Assembly (NCBI GenBank): GCA_028534125.1
Contig: CM052817.1
Span: forward strand, 44,518,001 to 44,582,000
DNA length: 64,000 nt
Direction: 5' to 3'
Source: Lama glama
Taxonomy: Eukaryota
The position numbers and the translations under genes are program-made. Below are positions 1 through 11,450 of the stretch, piece after piece. The notes below the pieces were generated by a model. It was not told the DNA's origin. It saw only the letters and a program-made list of their open reading frames with translations, and searched no databases. Numbering within the stretch: the first letter of the stretch is position 1; every line of letters starts with the position of its first letter.

Positions 1-3000
1 AAAAATGTGACCGAGGAGGGACACAGGGCACCAAATTTGAATGTGCAGTGGTAACTGCCTTTGCTGGGGATTCTCATGCCCCACACCCACTCTGGGAAAC
101 TTGAATAACAAAACAGACTCAAGTCTTCCAAAATTACTCAGGCTGCAGCAAACGCTGTCTGCTCACGCTGCTCACGCCTCATCTCCCAGGAAACCCAGAA
201 ACTTCCCAAGAATGACATTACGGCGGCAAAGCAGGCAGCCGAGTGAACCCTGGAGCTGGAATATACTGTCTTTTGCAGACAACAGGGCTTCAGAGTCAAA
301 GCCACAAGACCAAGGGCAGGCACAGCATCCAGAAGAAAGCCTCCAGTAGGATGCACAGAATGGACCACAAACATGTGGATCCAGACAGAAGCACACCCGC
401 TGAAATGGCTGATTGCAGAGCAGGTGTTTATCACCCTGGCATCTTAAGGAGAAATAAAAGGGGGAGGTGAAGGTTTTATGATGATTTTATTTATGTTTAA
501 AAATACCGGGTAATCTTTTAGCATGTCTGTTTCTCTCCTACATAAATAGATATTTTAAAAATATTTGATGAGGGAATCTGAAATAACCTACATTGAAAAT
601 CCGTGTACATGAATTACAAATATTAACCTGCTTGGAATGAAAAATGAAACAAGAGTTTCTCTGAGAACTGGACCCAAACTCTCTCCACTTGAGAAAGAAA
701 CCGCAGACTCCTCGGTCATGGTCCATCTGAGTGTGTGGGGAATTTATTTGCTCCCTCTCCCCCACCCCCGAAGGTCTCTTGCTCCAAATCCTGCGTGTTT
801 TTTCAGGATCACACTCCCAGCTCCCACTGCTGAAAAACACTTTGGTGTTCCGTGCAAATCCGAAGCTAAACAGGGAAGAGGCAGAAAGAGATTTTGAAGC
901 ATAAGCATCTAGTAAGACCATAGTTCTGTATCCTGTTTGTCAGCTAGCAGGGAAAAAGCCTTTATTTAAGCAACATTCAACTGAAAAAAAAATGATTTTT
1001 TAAAATACCATCTTTCTTAAAAGAAATATTCGTGTCAGTTGGATGAGAAAATATAGAATGTTCTTGCTACGTCCTTGAAAAGGTCCAGGTCATCGTTTGG
1101 GCTACATCGTACATGAAAAGTTCTGAGTGGGAGCCCAGTGCTTCCTCCCACTCCCTCCACCCCGCCCACCGCAATTAACTCTCTAGCTAGAAGTCAAGTT
1201 TTATAATCTGCTAAGTGACCAGACAGACAGACTGGCTCTGCAAGGTAATGTTTCCAATTTGACTCACACTTGTGGTCTTTGACCTTAACAGTCATTTGTG
1301 GTCCAAGTGCCATAGACATTCTGAAGGGTGGTGTACTCAGTGATAAGCTTAGACATTCAGGCTTGGGTTGACTTTTTGCCTTGCTGTCCACAGACTTGGA
1401 ACAACAGGAGATACGTGTTGTAGAAAAGGAAGGAGGGAAAAGGAAAGGAAAAGAAAAAACCAAAACATATTTCTTGAGGCAAAATATCCCAAACTTGAGC
1501 CATAAACGAAGTCAAAAGCATAAAATAAATCTTCAGGGAGTTCTTCCCCCTAAAATAAACACACACAGCACTAAAAGAGTAAACAGAGGCAAGCTGTAAA
1601 TCAAAATCTTCCGCCTAATGCATTCCTGGCGTTTCTTCCTGAGAGCGAATGCCAGTGAGAAACGGGTGAGCGCAGACAGACAACGAGACGTTAGGGCAAG
1701 CTGACTCAGTCATTTTCATCAGAGAGATAAGATCACCTGGCCCCCTTCAGTGGCTTTAATAGCTAATGTCCCTCCATCTGATTTTGATCCTCAAAACCAT
1801 AAATTGGGAAGGAAAATCCCCTTTGCTTTTAGACATCACTACCCACAACTTAAGCAAAGACAGTCCAGGGAATAATAAAAATATTCAGAGCCATCAAATA
1901 AGAGCTATCATTACATCCATTCTTTGCTGGCAGACTCAGCTCCCCACGGCCTCCTTGTCTCCACCCAGGCAAAATGTGGCTTTCAGATCCCATTTTTTGT
2001 TCCTTCTCAAACCAAACTCCCTGGAATATGATCTCTATTTGCTTAAAGAGGGTCCTGGAAAGAGAGAGAAACTTTATCTGCCTGTGAGAAATGGAATTAG
2101 CTGAAAATCTGCTGGAAACTTGGGTAGGAATACTACAGTGAATGGTTAAATATTTACAACATAAGAACCAGTTCATTGGAAAACAAATATACAAGTGCCT
2201 GGCTTCATTCCCTGCCTCAGGAATCAAGAATGTTCCCTTGCTGAGAGCCTGCCATTGTATTGACATTCAAGTAAGAACTGACTCCAGGAAAAGACGGTAG
2301 GAGTGAGTACAGGAACTACAGCTCTGCAAAGCAGTGTTGCATTAGATGAGTTCACTATGATGTAGCCACCCTTTAAACAACAAATTCACAAAGAGAATAT
2401 GTCTAGGGAAAATGAAGGATAATTTTAACATCAAGCATAGGAGTGCCCATGTAAACTCATCCATCTATTCATCCAAATGCTCAACACTAACAGGATATAA
2501 AGAATGTTAGAAGATCTAAATTAAATCAGACCTATATTCTGTGGGCAACTGGGACCTGCATCCCACCTAAGATGGAAGGAAAAAAGAAAGAATCAGGAGG
2601 AAAAAATGAAGCTTCACTCAAACCACTGTATAAATAAATAACCTCCAAGGCTCTACGTGCCCAGTAGGCTTTGGTGCAAAGGTGGTGGATCAGGAATTAG
2701 GAAGGTGTACAAAGTAATTCTCATTAGGAATCCTTCTTTGTACTGCTTGTGTTTTGTCTCATTCAGTGTAAGTCAGTTCAGCGTCTCTGAAGTAAGCTTG
2801 TGGGAGTGTCAGCTGACGTCCTCAGGTAACTTGGTCTGCAACAGTCAGGTCACATGAGCTGGTATTTGTGGTGCCTAGCTTCCTGGTGACAGGTGTGGGC
2901 CAAGTGTCAGGCTCTCTGTGGCGCTGACTCTGCCCTTGATTGATAGGATAGAAGCTTTAAAAAACAAACAAACAACAACAAAACTTGGGGGCAATAGGAG

Positions 3001-3599
3001 GCTCTTGGAGATGGAAAAGGAAAAACAAAGGAGAAAATCACAAAAATCCCACTGAAGTCAAATTCACTTTTCTGGACTCTTCCCATTGTAAGGGGTTTTG
3101 CATTCCCTTTCCAGGGCCTAACACTTGAGGATTTTCATTTGGGTCATCCTAGTTCCTTCAGATCGCAGAAGGGTGCAGATAAGGTGTCGTCCACCGGCAG
3201 AACCTCAGCCAGGAGGCCAGAGGACTGACCCCAGGAAGAGCAGCTCCCCAACCCTCACGCTTTCATCTGCTTCTGTGATAGAAGGGACTACTGCATGATT
3301 TAAAAGATTCATTAAAGGCTGGGGAAATGCCTCTACACTATGATGAAAGGCAGAGTTGTACAGGAAAACAGTTGTGGGGTCCCTCAGCCTGGTGACCCTG
3401 AGCTCCCATCTTCTCACTGCCTCTGACGCTGGACATCCCCAGAGTCCTCTGCCCTTTCAGCCCCTGTCGCCTTCTCCACTTACATTTATTACCCGCTGCA
3501 GGCAGGCTGTAGAGTTCACGGTTGTCCAAACTGCCAAACCTGGCTGCCTCTTCTGTGTCCACCCCTGTCATTTTCAATGTTGGCATAGCCAACCACTCC

Positions 3600-4230
3600 C
3601 TCCCCTTCAAACTCTCCCCCTTGCCTTCCAGAACAGCGTTCTCATTATCCCCACCCCATGTCAGTTTTGCTATATTGCTTCTTCCTCTAAGTACCGAGGC
3701 CCACCACCCTCCTCTCTCTGCTTCTGCCCTCTTGCTCAGGAATCTCATTGCTGTCATCTCTCAGGATCACCTTTATGTGGATAATTCCCAAATCCACCAC
3801 ATTGCTTCAGACACTTTCCTGGGCTTTGTCCTCCATTTCCAACTGCCTGTTGGACACCTTCACTAGCAGAGCCTAAGGCCAGAGACCAAAATCATCATCC
3901 GTTTCTAAACAAAAAAGTCCCAGATCCCTTCCCGAATGGCCTATTTCCGCAAATAACCTCACAATTCCACAAGCCAGTGGGTTTCCAACATCCCTCACAA
4001 TTAGGAATCAAATCCAGGGCCCATTCTCCCCACCCTGTGCCCTTCCTTCCTGGTAGCACTGCCCTAATTCAGGTTTCATGACCTCTCCCCTAAACTGCAC
4101 ACATCTTTCTCTGACAGTAAACATGCCAGTTCTCCCTCTTGCCCCCATTCCGCAGCAGCACAGGTCCCTGTTTCCAACGAACTGCCCTCTACACACTTCA
4201 GGCCTTTCACCACTTGCTCTCATACATCGC
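3600..4230 (+). mobile_element. L2 LINE fragment (ancient, degenerate)
   Basis: Pyrimidine-rich L2-like text, e.g. cacctttatgtggataattcccaaatc...tttccaactgcctgttggacaccttcact. Boundaries approximate. Confidence 0.65.
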
Positions 4231-4639
4231 TGAAAATAATGAACAAGAGACCAGTAGCAAAGAAGTATTAGGTATTTTGGAAAATTTTTAAATAGGTGAA
4301 TGCTTATATGCTTACGAATGTCACTAAGATGTGAGGACATCTGGTCAGTGGCTTCATTAAAGCTCTTAAGGGCAGGCTGCTCTCCTGAGACTGGATTGGT
4401 CCATATAGAAAAGTCACGTACCAGGTCCAAGACAGGGGGTTCCCCACGTGATCGCAGGGCTTGGCCTGAGAACTCATCAGAGTAAATCATCCTTCCTTCA
4501 AACACACTGTAGGTCCCACGTTCAAATAAAGGGTCCTACATATTCTATTGGGGAAAAAAAAGGAAGATTATATTCTTCCAAAATGATAATTGCATTAAAG
4601 ACAAAGAAAGGCTGTGAACATGTACCAGATAAAAAGACA

Positions 4640-5050
4640 CGATAACTAACTGCCACGCCTGGCCCATGACTGGATCCAGTACTGGGAGGAAAACATATGC
4701 TGCAAAGGACATTACTGTGTCAGTTGCTAAAACTGAAGTATAAATAGTAGATTAGAGTTTTGTATCCGCATTCCAATGACTAGAGTTGGTGATTGTACTG
4801 TGGTTATCAAATAGACCATCCCTATTCTTAGCAAACACACACTGAGGTGTTTAGAAGTAAAAGCACCACCTGTAAGTATCCCTCAAGTGGTTCAAAATAT
4901 ATTAGCGATGGCACATGTGATAAAGCAAGAGGGAAAAAGGTCAGGAATGTGTGAGTCTGGGTAAAGGATACAGGACTGTTCCGTGAGCTATCCTTAGTCT
5001 TGCAAGTTTTCTATGATTTGGAAATTATTTTCAAATAAAAAGTTAAAAGA
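4640..5050 (+). mobile_element. Old L1 (L1MC/L1ME-type) 3' end
   Basis: ttgtactgtggttat...attcttagcaaacacacactgaggtgtttag, ending ttggaaattattttcaaataaaaagttaaaa, which is typical of old L1M 3' termini. Confidence 0.75.
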
Positions 5051-6009
5051 TCTTAAAGAATTAAGTCCTCATATCTGTATTCATGAAGAGCAGGGGAGCC
5101 CTGCACATTGCAAAGAATCAAACAATATTTGAGGCATGAATGTCTAATGCATAAACCTTCTGTAATACAGTTACAGTATCTGCTTAGGTAACGTTTATGT
5201 CCATGACACTCACATTTCCAAGCTAGTTTGTAACATTCTGTTCCTAAGTTCATCTCAAATTACACTAATGTGAAGATAAATTTAAGGATTACATAATACA
5301 ATGTGCATGTATACAAATACGTATACTATAAGCAAAATACAATCTATGTGTACAAACACATGTGTGCTTGTTAGCGTCAAACTGTCATTCTAACATTTCA
5401 TTCTTTAGTGCTAAGAAAATCAGCGTTCTACAGGGCTACCCAGGAATCTTAAACTTAGCTATCATTTTAAATTAAGATTCTACATGTTAACCGATGGTCA
5501 AACAAGTAGAATAAACCTGGGCCAATTCCTATAACTCAGAACAAGCCATTAGGCTGAGACTACATCTTAGAGAATGAAATTCCTTGACAATGAACAAATA
5601 AAAGACCCCAAATGAGTTGAATTCCATTTCTGTAATGCAATGAGGTAGTCAAACATATTACTACAGATCTACAGGTTAAAGTCTGAAAAATATCTGTGGT
5701 CAAAGGTAAATTTCCTTAGATAACAAAAACTTTCTTTAATCCTCTTATCAGTGGATCATTATTCTGACAAAGAGTCCTCATCATGTCACTAGCTTGGACA
5801 GAAAAATGTTCAGTTAAAATATTTAAATACCATTCAAACACCAACATGGGCTATTACTGGAAGCAAATAAATTCTTTAGGGGAAAAAGTAAAATTGCGTC
5901 CATGAGGTCAGCTCTATAAACACAGCCTACCATTCTGCTGTGTAACAGCGGCGGCGGCTGGCACCCCTGATCTCACACAACACGTGCTTCTCCGTTCTCC
6001 GTGTTTCAT

Positions 6010-6190
6010 ACGCCCTCAGCCCTCTACTTGTCCCATAAATTCTGTGAGATAGGTACTCTCATTAACGCCATTTCCCGGATGATGCAACTGAGGCACCGGA
6101 GGGTTAAGTGATTTGCTCAAGTCCTTGTCTGCAGCAGAACTAGGTTCTGAACACTGGATCAGGCTCCAGAGTCTGTGTCCTTCTCCATTA
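6010..6190 (-). mobile_element. MIR SINE
   Basis: ccatttcccggatgatgcaactgaggcaccggagggttaagtgatttgctcaagtc matches the reverse MIR core. Confidence 0.8.
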
Positions 6191-7882
6191 GTTGTATTTA
6201 TTTAGGTAAGACACAAACAACTCTGATGCAGCTTTCAACTAGGAAGCTGATTTTTGAATACACAGTCACCTAACTTTTACTTCCTGAGATTCATATTGCT
6301 TCGATTACCTACTGAACTTCAGTATCACTTATATGTTAATTTCTGCATTCGGGAAACTCAAATGGTAGTCCAAGAAATTGGACTATTGTTTTCAAAACAT
6401 GATTTATGATCCAGGAAGCAGGAAACACAGGAGGGTTGACCCTTTCAGGATTCCAAGGCAGATTATTAGAATTAGAGAATCTCAAGTTTAGACAAGAACA
6501 CAGACTTTGTCTTCCCAAGGCCCCCTAGGATGCCTGGATCTCTTTTAGAACACCGCCACCGAGCCATTGACTGACCCTGACTCAAGGCCTCTTCTATTTT
6601 CAAACAACTCTAGCTGTTAGAAAATTCTTCCTAATGTCAAACCTGATTTCTGCCTGCCTTTAGCTTCCACCCACTGGTCCCAATTCCTTCCTCTGGAGTC
6701 TAATCCTGCTTTTGCATGATGATCTGTGACATATCGCAAGGCAGACACAACCCCTCTCGGGCTTCTTTAAGCTAAATATGCCCACCTGTGACGACCACAA
6801 AGCCGGAGCGTTCGATTAGTGTGAGGTTCATGAAGTGCAGGCTTCATCTTCCTCACCTGCTGCACAACTCACATTTTATATTTATATTTGAAACTGAGGA
6901 AGCAGACTCTTCTCTGATTCTATCACCTGATCAAAACTCCAACCCACAGCTAACCCTGCATTTTAGATTCAGCTCAGTTCATTGTATATATTAAATACTA
7001 TTCAACTAGCTCGATAATTATTGGAAGAAGGGCTCCCCCTCTTTCGGAACTTGGCCCTCGGCACCTTTCTGCAGTTAAGGATCATACATGCCAGGCTGCC
7101 TCCCCACGGCCCCCTGCCCTTCACTCCCACACGTGATTCCACCAATGGATTCATGCTCCATCACCTCTAAAATTCTTAGCTGTAAAACAGCCGCAAAGCC
7201 GCCCAATGATGATTTACTTTCAGCTTCAAGCAGGATTTGTAAACACCGTGATAAATGAGGAGAGGCCCCAAAGCCGCATTCCTCCAGCGGGTCTTCTTAA
7301 GTGGAAACATACTGCATTTCAGCATCAATTGGCATAAATCATTTCAAATCAGGGCTGAACTTCCCCAGCGTTCCTGCCAGGCGCCTTTCTCATCTGAGCC
7401 CCAGCAGCACATGTCAGTCAAAACTGCAGGTAACTGACCTGCCGCTGTGTTCCAGAAGACTGGAGAGCACTGATTTCAAGTCCATTACTTACTACACTTT
7501 TGTTGAAAGTAATACTTGCAATATGCACTAAGTAAAGGGACCTTTTTTAGGAATGAGAAAAGTTGAGACATATCTTCAAATGTGCTTGAGCTTTCTTAAG
7601 TCTCTGTGTTCCTGCTCTTTTCTTCCTTATTGCATTTCCATTCCCCACGCTGCTCCAGTTCTCAGCCAGTATCTTCCTTCACACCCTGATAAGGTCAACT
7701 GATCTCAGAGAACAGCCAGGCATTTGTCTACGGGTGACCCAGAGCTTAACGCAGTCTCCTCTGGAGAAGGGGAGGGACTGGCAAAGGTCGACAGCAGAAA
7801 ACCACCTGGATCCACTCACAGCCCCACTCCCTGATGCCCTTAACCCAGGATGCAACCCATCCATGAGTTTCCCATACCCTGG

Positions 7883-8213
7883 ACCAGCATCTGCAAACAG
7901 AATCTGGCTCAAAGGCTTGTTTGAGTTGACCTGCACTGTGTTAGTGCACATGGCGCTTTCCATGTGAACATTTAATCACTTGGGATCTTTCACATAAAAA
8001 CTCAGATTTCTGGCAACACTGAGTCTGCATTTCTTCATCATAATAACCCAGTCGAGTTGAGCATCTGCTGATTCCTTTAGCTAGGAGATATCTGGCCTAG
8101 TACTTGTTATTGCCCACTGTGTTCTTAGAAAAAGGGCTATCTACATTGTGTACCTTGCCCACTTCATTTGTGTTTCTTCCTTGGTCCTATAGCCATTTAA
8201 GTTTGCAAGCCTG
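7883..8213. mobile_element. MER102-like hAT-Charlie DNA transposon relic
   Basis: atctttcacataaaaactcagatttctggcaacactgagtctgcatt resembles the MER102 core. Ends cagcatctgcaaac...gtttgcaagcctg are inverted-repeat-like. Confidence 0.6.
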
Positions 8214-8270
8214 GTAGATATTCTGTCAAAGACTACTAAATCTGTTTTCCTATCTGTAAAATACTGGGGA

Positions 8271-8330
8271 GGACTGTAAATCAACTACACTTCAATAAAA
8301 ATAAATAAAATAAATTCCATGTAAATAAAA
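8271..8330 (+). mobile_element. Ultra-truncated L1 3' end with A-rich tail
   Basis: tgtaaatcaactacacttcaataaaa matches the ends of the other L1 copies in the window. Perfect 14-bp TSD taaaatactgggga at 8257-8270 and 8331-8344. Confidence 0.85.
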
Positions 8331-8407
8331 TAAAATACTGGGGATGGCCTTCCACCTCCATGATTATATAGTTTAGTAGTTTGCTGAGCAAAAGTGGTAT
8401 TGTGCTG

Positions 8408-8548
8408 CTCTTTTTTGTTTGGTTGTTTTTTTGGTGAGTGTGGGTAATTAGGTTTATTTATTTATTTTTTGATGGGGGTCCTGGGGATTGAACCCAGGAC
8501 CTCATGCATGCTAGGCATGCACTCTACCACTGAGCTATAGCCTCCCCC
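8408..8548 (-). mobile_element. tRNA-derived SINE, camelid type (Vic-1-like)
   Basis: The reverse strand reads ggctatagctcagtggtagagtgcatgcctagcatgcatgaggtcctgggttcaatcccc (A and B boxes), then an aataaacctaattac tail. Degenerate TSD ggtattgtgctg / ggtcttatgctg. Confidence 0.85.
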
Positions 8549-9321
8549 GGTCTTATGCTGTCCTTGATCACACTTCCTCAGTAGTAAGGAAGAGGACACG
8601 GCATGACCAATGCTAGCTGTGACTGAGTGACCAGCTACTCCCCGCAGCCCTCCTCTTCGATGTGGCCTTCACTTGAACCTAGGTGCGGACCCCTCTTCCT
8701 CACCATCACCATCATAACAAGAGGAGCCAAATGAAAGTTGAAGATAAAGTTCAGGTTTGAAAGGTGACTTCCCTCAAAATCCTATCTGATTTTTCTAACA
8801 TCCATGCCAACCTGCCCACCTATAGTAGGTTCTCAGAACCACTCGAGGGCTTTGCAGCAAAGTTAAGGGAGAAGACATCAGTGAAACAGATGACATTTCT
8901 CATGTAATGATGCTGCGTGACTCCTTGCAAGGTTACAACGTTCTGAGATAGTAACAGTCTATGGTAAGTGCTTTGTGTGAGTTACACACATGTGTTCAAA
9001 AAACAGCATTAAATAACACCTTACCTTGGCAAGGAGTATGATCAGTGGTCACTTAAGGTAGAGCTGAGAACTCAGAGTCTCAACTTTCTAACAGTGAGAG
9101 CCATGCAAACGAGAAATGAGCTGACTTGTCAGGTACTGACTTCCTCAACCCTGAAACTATGCAGCAAGAGGCTGGATGAGCCTCTGTCCCTAATATTGTA
9201 GGAGCTTCCTGCACTGGACACAGTGGTGGGGTGGGGCTTCGGAAGTGTTGGGGGAACACTGGGCTACCTGTCTCACAAGTCCGCTCTAACTCCATATGCT
9301 GGGAATTCTCCCTGTGGTTTT

Positions 9322-9371
9322 TTTTCTTTTCTTTTCTTTTCTTTTCTTTTCTTTTCTTTTCTTTTCTTTTC
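9322..9371 (+). repeat. (TTTTC)10 pentanucleotide microsatellite
   Basis: Read directly from the sequence. Confidence 0.95.
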
Positions 9372-10973
9372 TATAACTGAGAAGCCTACTGATTTAGTGT
9401 TTACCCACCTTGCAAGATGCTAGGATAACTATTATTCCAGGGGTTGGGCTCAAACTTGGTTATTCAACACTGTTTGTTTTAAGAAGAACCTAAATTTGTA
9501 ACTTTCTACTTTTCAGAGTATTTGCAACATGTGACTAAATCTTGCCTGTCATTACTGTACTGAATTATTTTTCAGGATAGAAAATTAATAATAACAGCTA
9601 CTGGTATAAAATATGAAGTGCACTAAGGTTCTGTCAAAAGGAAAACATTTTAAAGCCTGACTATAACCCCTTTAGAGGCTACTTAGCATCTCACAGATTG
9701 TGTCCTGGGATTGATTAGCAATCATAAAGAAAATTAAAACTCACTGGCTAACACACCATTAGGTTTTCAGTTTGTCTCCACAAAGCTTTAAGTTTCCTAT
9801 AGCATGAGCACTGCTTCTACTCAGATTTTTCTTGTTTGGCTAAATGAACTAGGTTCATACCTAAGGTTATCATCTTAATTAGCCAGAGATTTAACTAGAA
9901 AATCCTGCCTTAGGAGACAAGCTGTGCATGTGTGAGAAGTCAGAGAGATTAAAATTCTGTTGCTTGTTTCTGATATAATATCCCCGGACACTGCCATACC
10001 TGGAAGGAACAAAAAATACCTGCAAAACAAAATGCAGAGTTCCCTCAGAGAGGATTTAGAGCAGAGGAACAGAAACACGCAGGGCAAACAGCAATGCAGG
10101 GCAGGGTCGGGGGAGTGGAGGAGGGCAAGGGATTTGGATCAAAAAGAAATGTGTCTGAGCAGGTTTCTCTTTGGGCAAAACACAATTAAGTTCCAAGAAT
10201 ATTCCAGGAAGCCAGTGTATCTTATTCAACACGTGACTGGTTCAGGCTGTATTATACAAACATATGTCCACAGCCAATATCTCAGGCACTGGGTGAGGAA
10301 GGTAATCATTCCTCCAGGTGTCCCTCAAAACTCCAGAAGGTGGAAGCAGCAGAAGGGTGCCTGCAAGGAAGTCCTCCCTCATCAGGTTGAGCTAGAGGCC
10401 AGGCATGTCCCGTCTATCTCCTGGAGAGTTCCTGGTATGCTGTGCATGCTAAGTAAATAAAGAACTTCCCTCTACCTGGCTTAATGGGAACCCAAGGGCA
10501 CCATGACCTTAAGCAGCATTTATCAATGCAGAGCAAATATGGAAACACTAAGGAGGTTGCCTAAAGGTACAGCCAGAAGGCTCCCTCAGTGAAAGCTGGG
10601 AGTCTCGGCTCTTTGAGAGTGCCAACATACCCCTTTAGCACCCAGAATACCCTTCCAGGAATGATTTAACATCACCTCACCATTTCCTCTCTTTTGCTAA
10701 ATTGACTCCCAGGAAAGGTGCCTCCGTCTTGCCCCTTCACCTCTGCCATCATTCTTAGAAAAAAATTCAGCCTTCCCGATAAGAAATAACCCAAACAACA
10801 AGATCGTTTGAATTCCACTGAAACCAATTCATCACATAGTGTTAAAAGAGAAATCCTTCCTCCTCTCTGAGGAAAATAATCAGGACAGGAACACAGACTT
10901 TAAAAGAGAGAAAGAGAGAACGAAGTTACTGGAATTTCGAGGTCATAAAGGACTTTAAAAAAATCACCTTGAC

Positions 10974-11450
10974 GTTCTGGAGATGGATAGTGGTGGTGGC
11001 ACAGGAATGTAAACGTGCTTAATGACAATGAAGTGTACACTTCAAAGTGGTTAAAATGGCTGATTTTATGTTATGTGCATGTCTTAGTCTGTTTGGACTG
11101 CTCTAACCAAATACCATAGACTGGATGGCTTATAAAAAAGAGAAATTTATTTCTCACACTTTTGGAGGCTGGGAAGTCCAAGATGAAGGTGCAGGCAGAT
11201 TCTGCTCTGATGAGAGCTTCCTGGATCACAGGTGCCTATAACCTCACATGGAAGAACGGCTGAGAGCTCCCTGGGGTGTCCTTTATAAGAGCACTAAGCC
11301 CATCCGTGAGAGCTCCACCCTCACGACCTCATGCCTCCCAAAGGCCCCACCTCCTCATACCATCACACTGGAGATTAGATTTCAACATATGAATTTGGGG
11401 GGACACATATTCAGTCTATGCCAGTATACTTTACCACAATTTTTTTAATA
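10974..11450 (+). mobile_element. Old L1M 3' end fragment interrupted by an MLT1A LTR
   Basis: gttctggagatggatagtggtg...ggttaaaatggctgattttatgttatgtg, resuming after the LTR as gtatactttaccacaattttttaa. Confidence 0.75.
11080..11423. mobile_element. MLT1A-like MaLR solo LTR
   Basis: TG...CA termini; tgtcttagtctgtttggactgc...aaatttatttctcacacttttggaggctgggaagtccaagat...tttggggggacacatattcagtctatgcca. Confidence 0.85.

Noticed and set aside
8470..8548. tRNA-like sequence with A and B boxes
   Set aside because: It is the head of a tRNA-derived SINE (tail, TSD, five related copies in the window), not a tRNA gene.
9960..10460. 166-aa ORF
   Set aside because: Non-ATG start, no homology recognised, no convincing exon boundaries.
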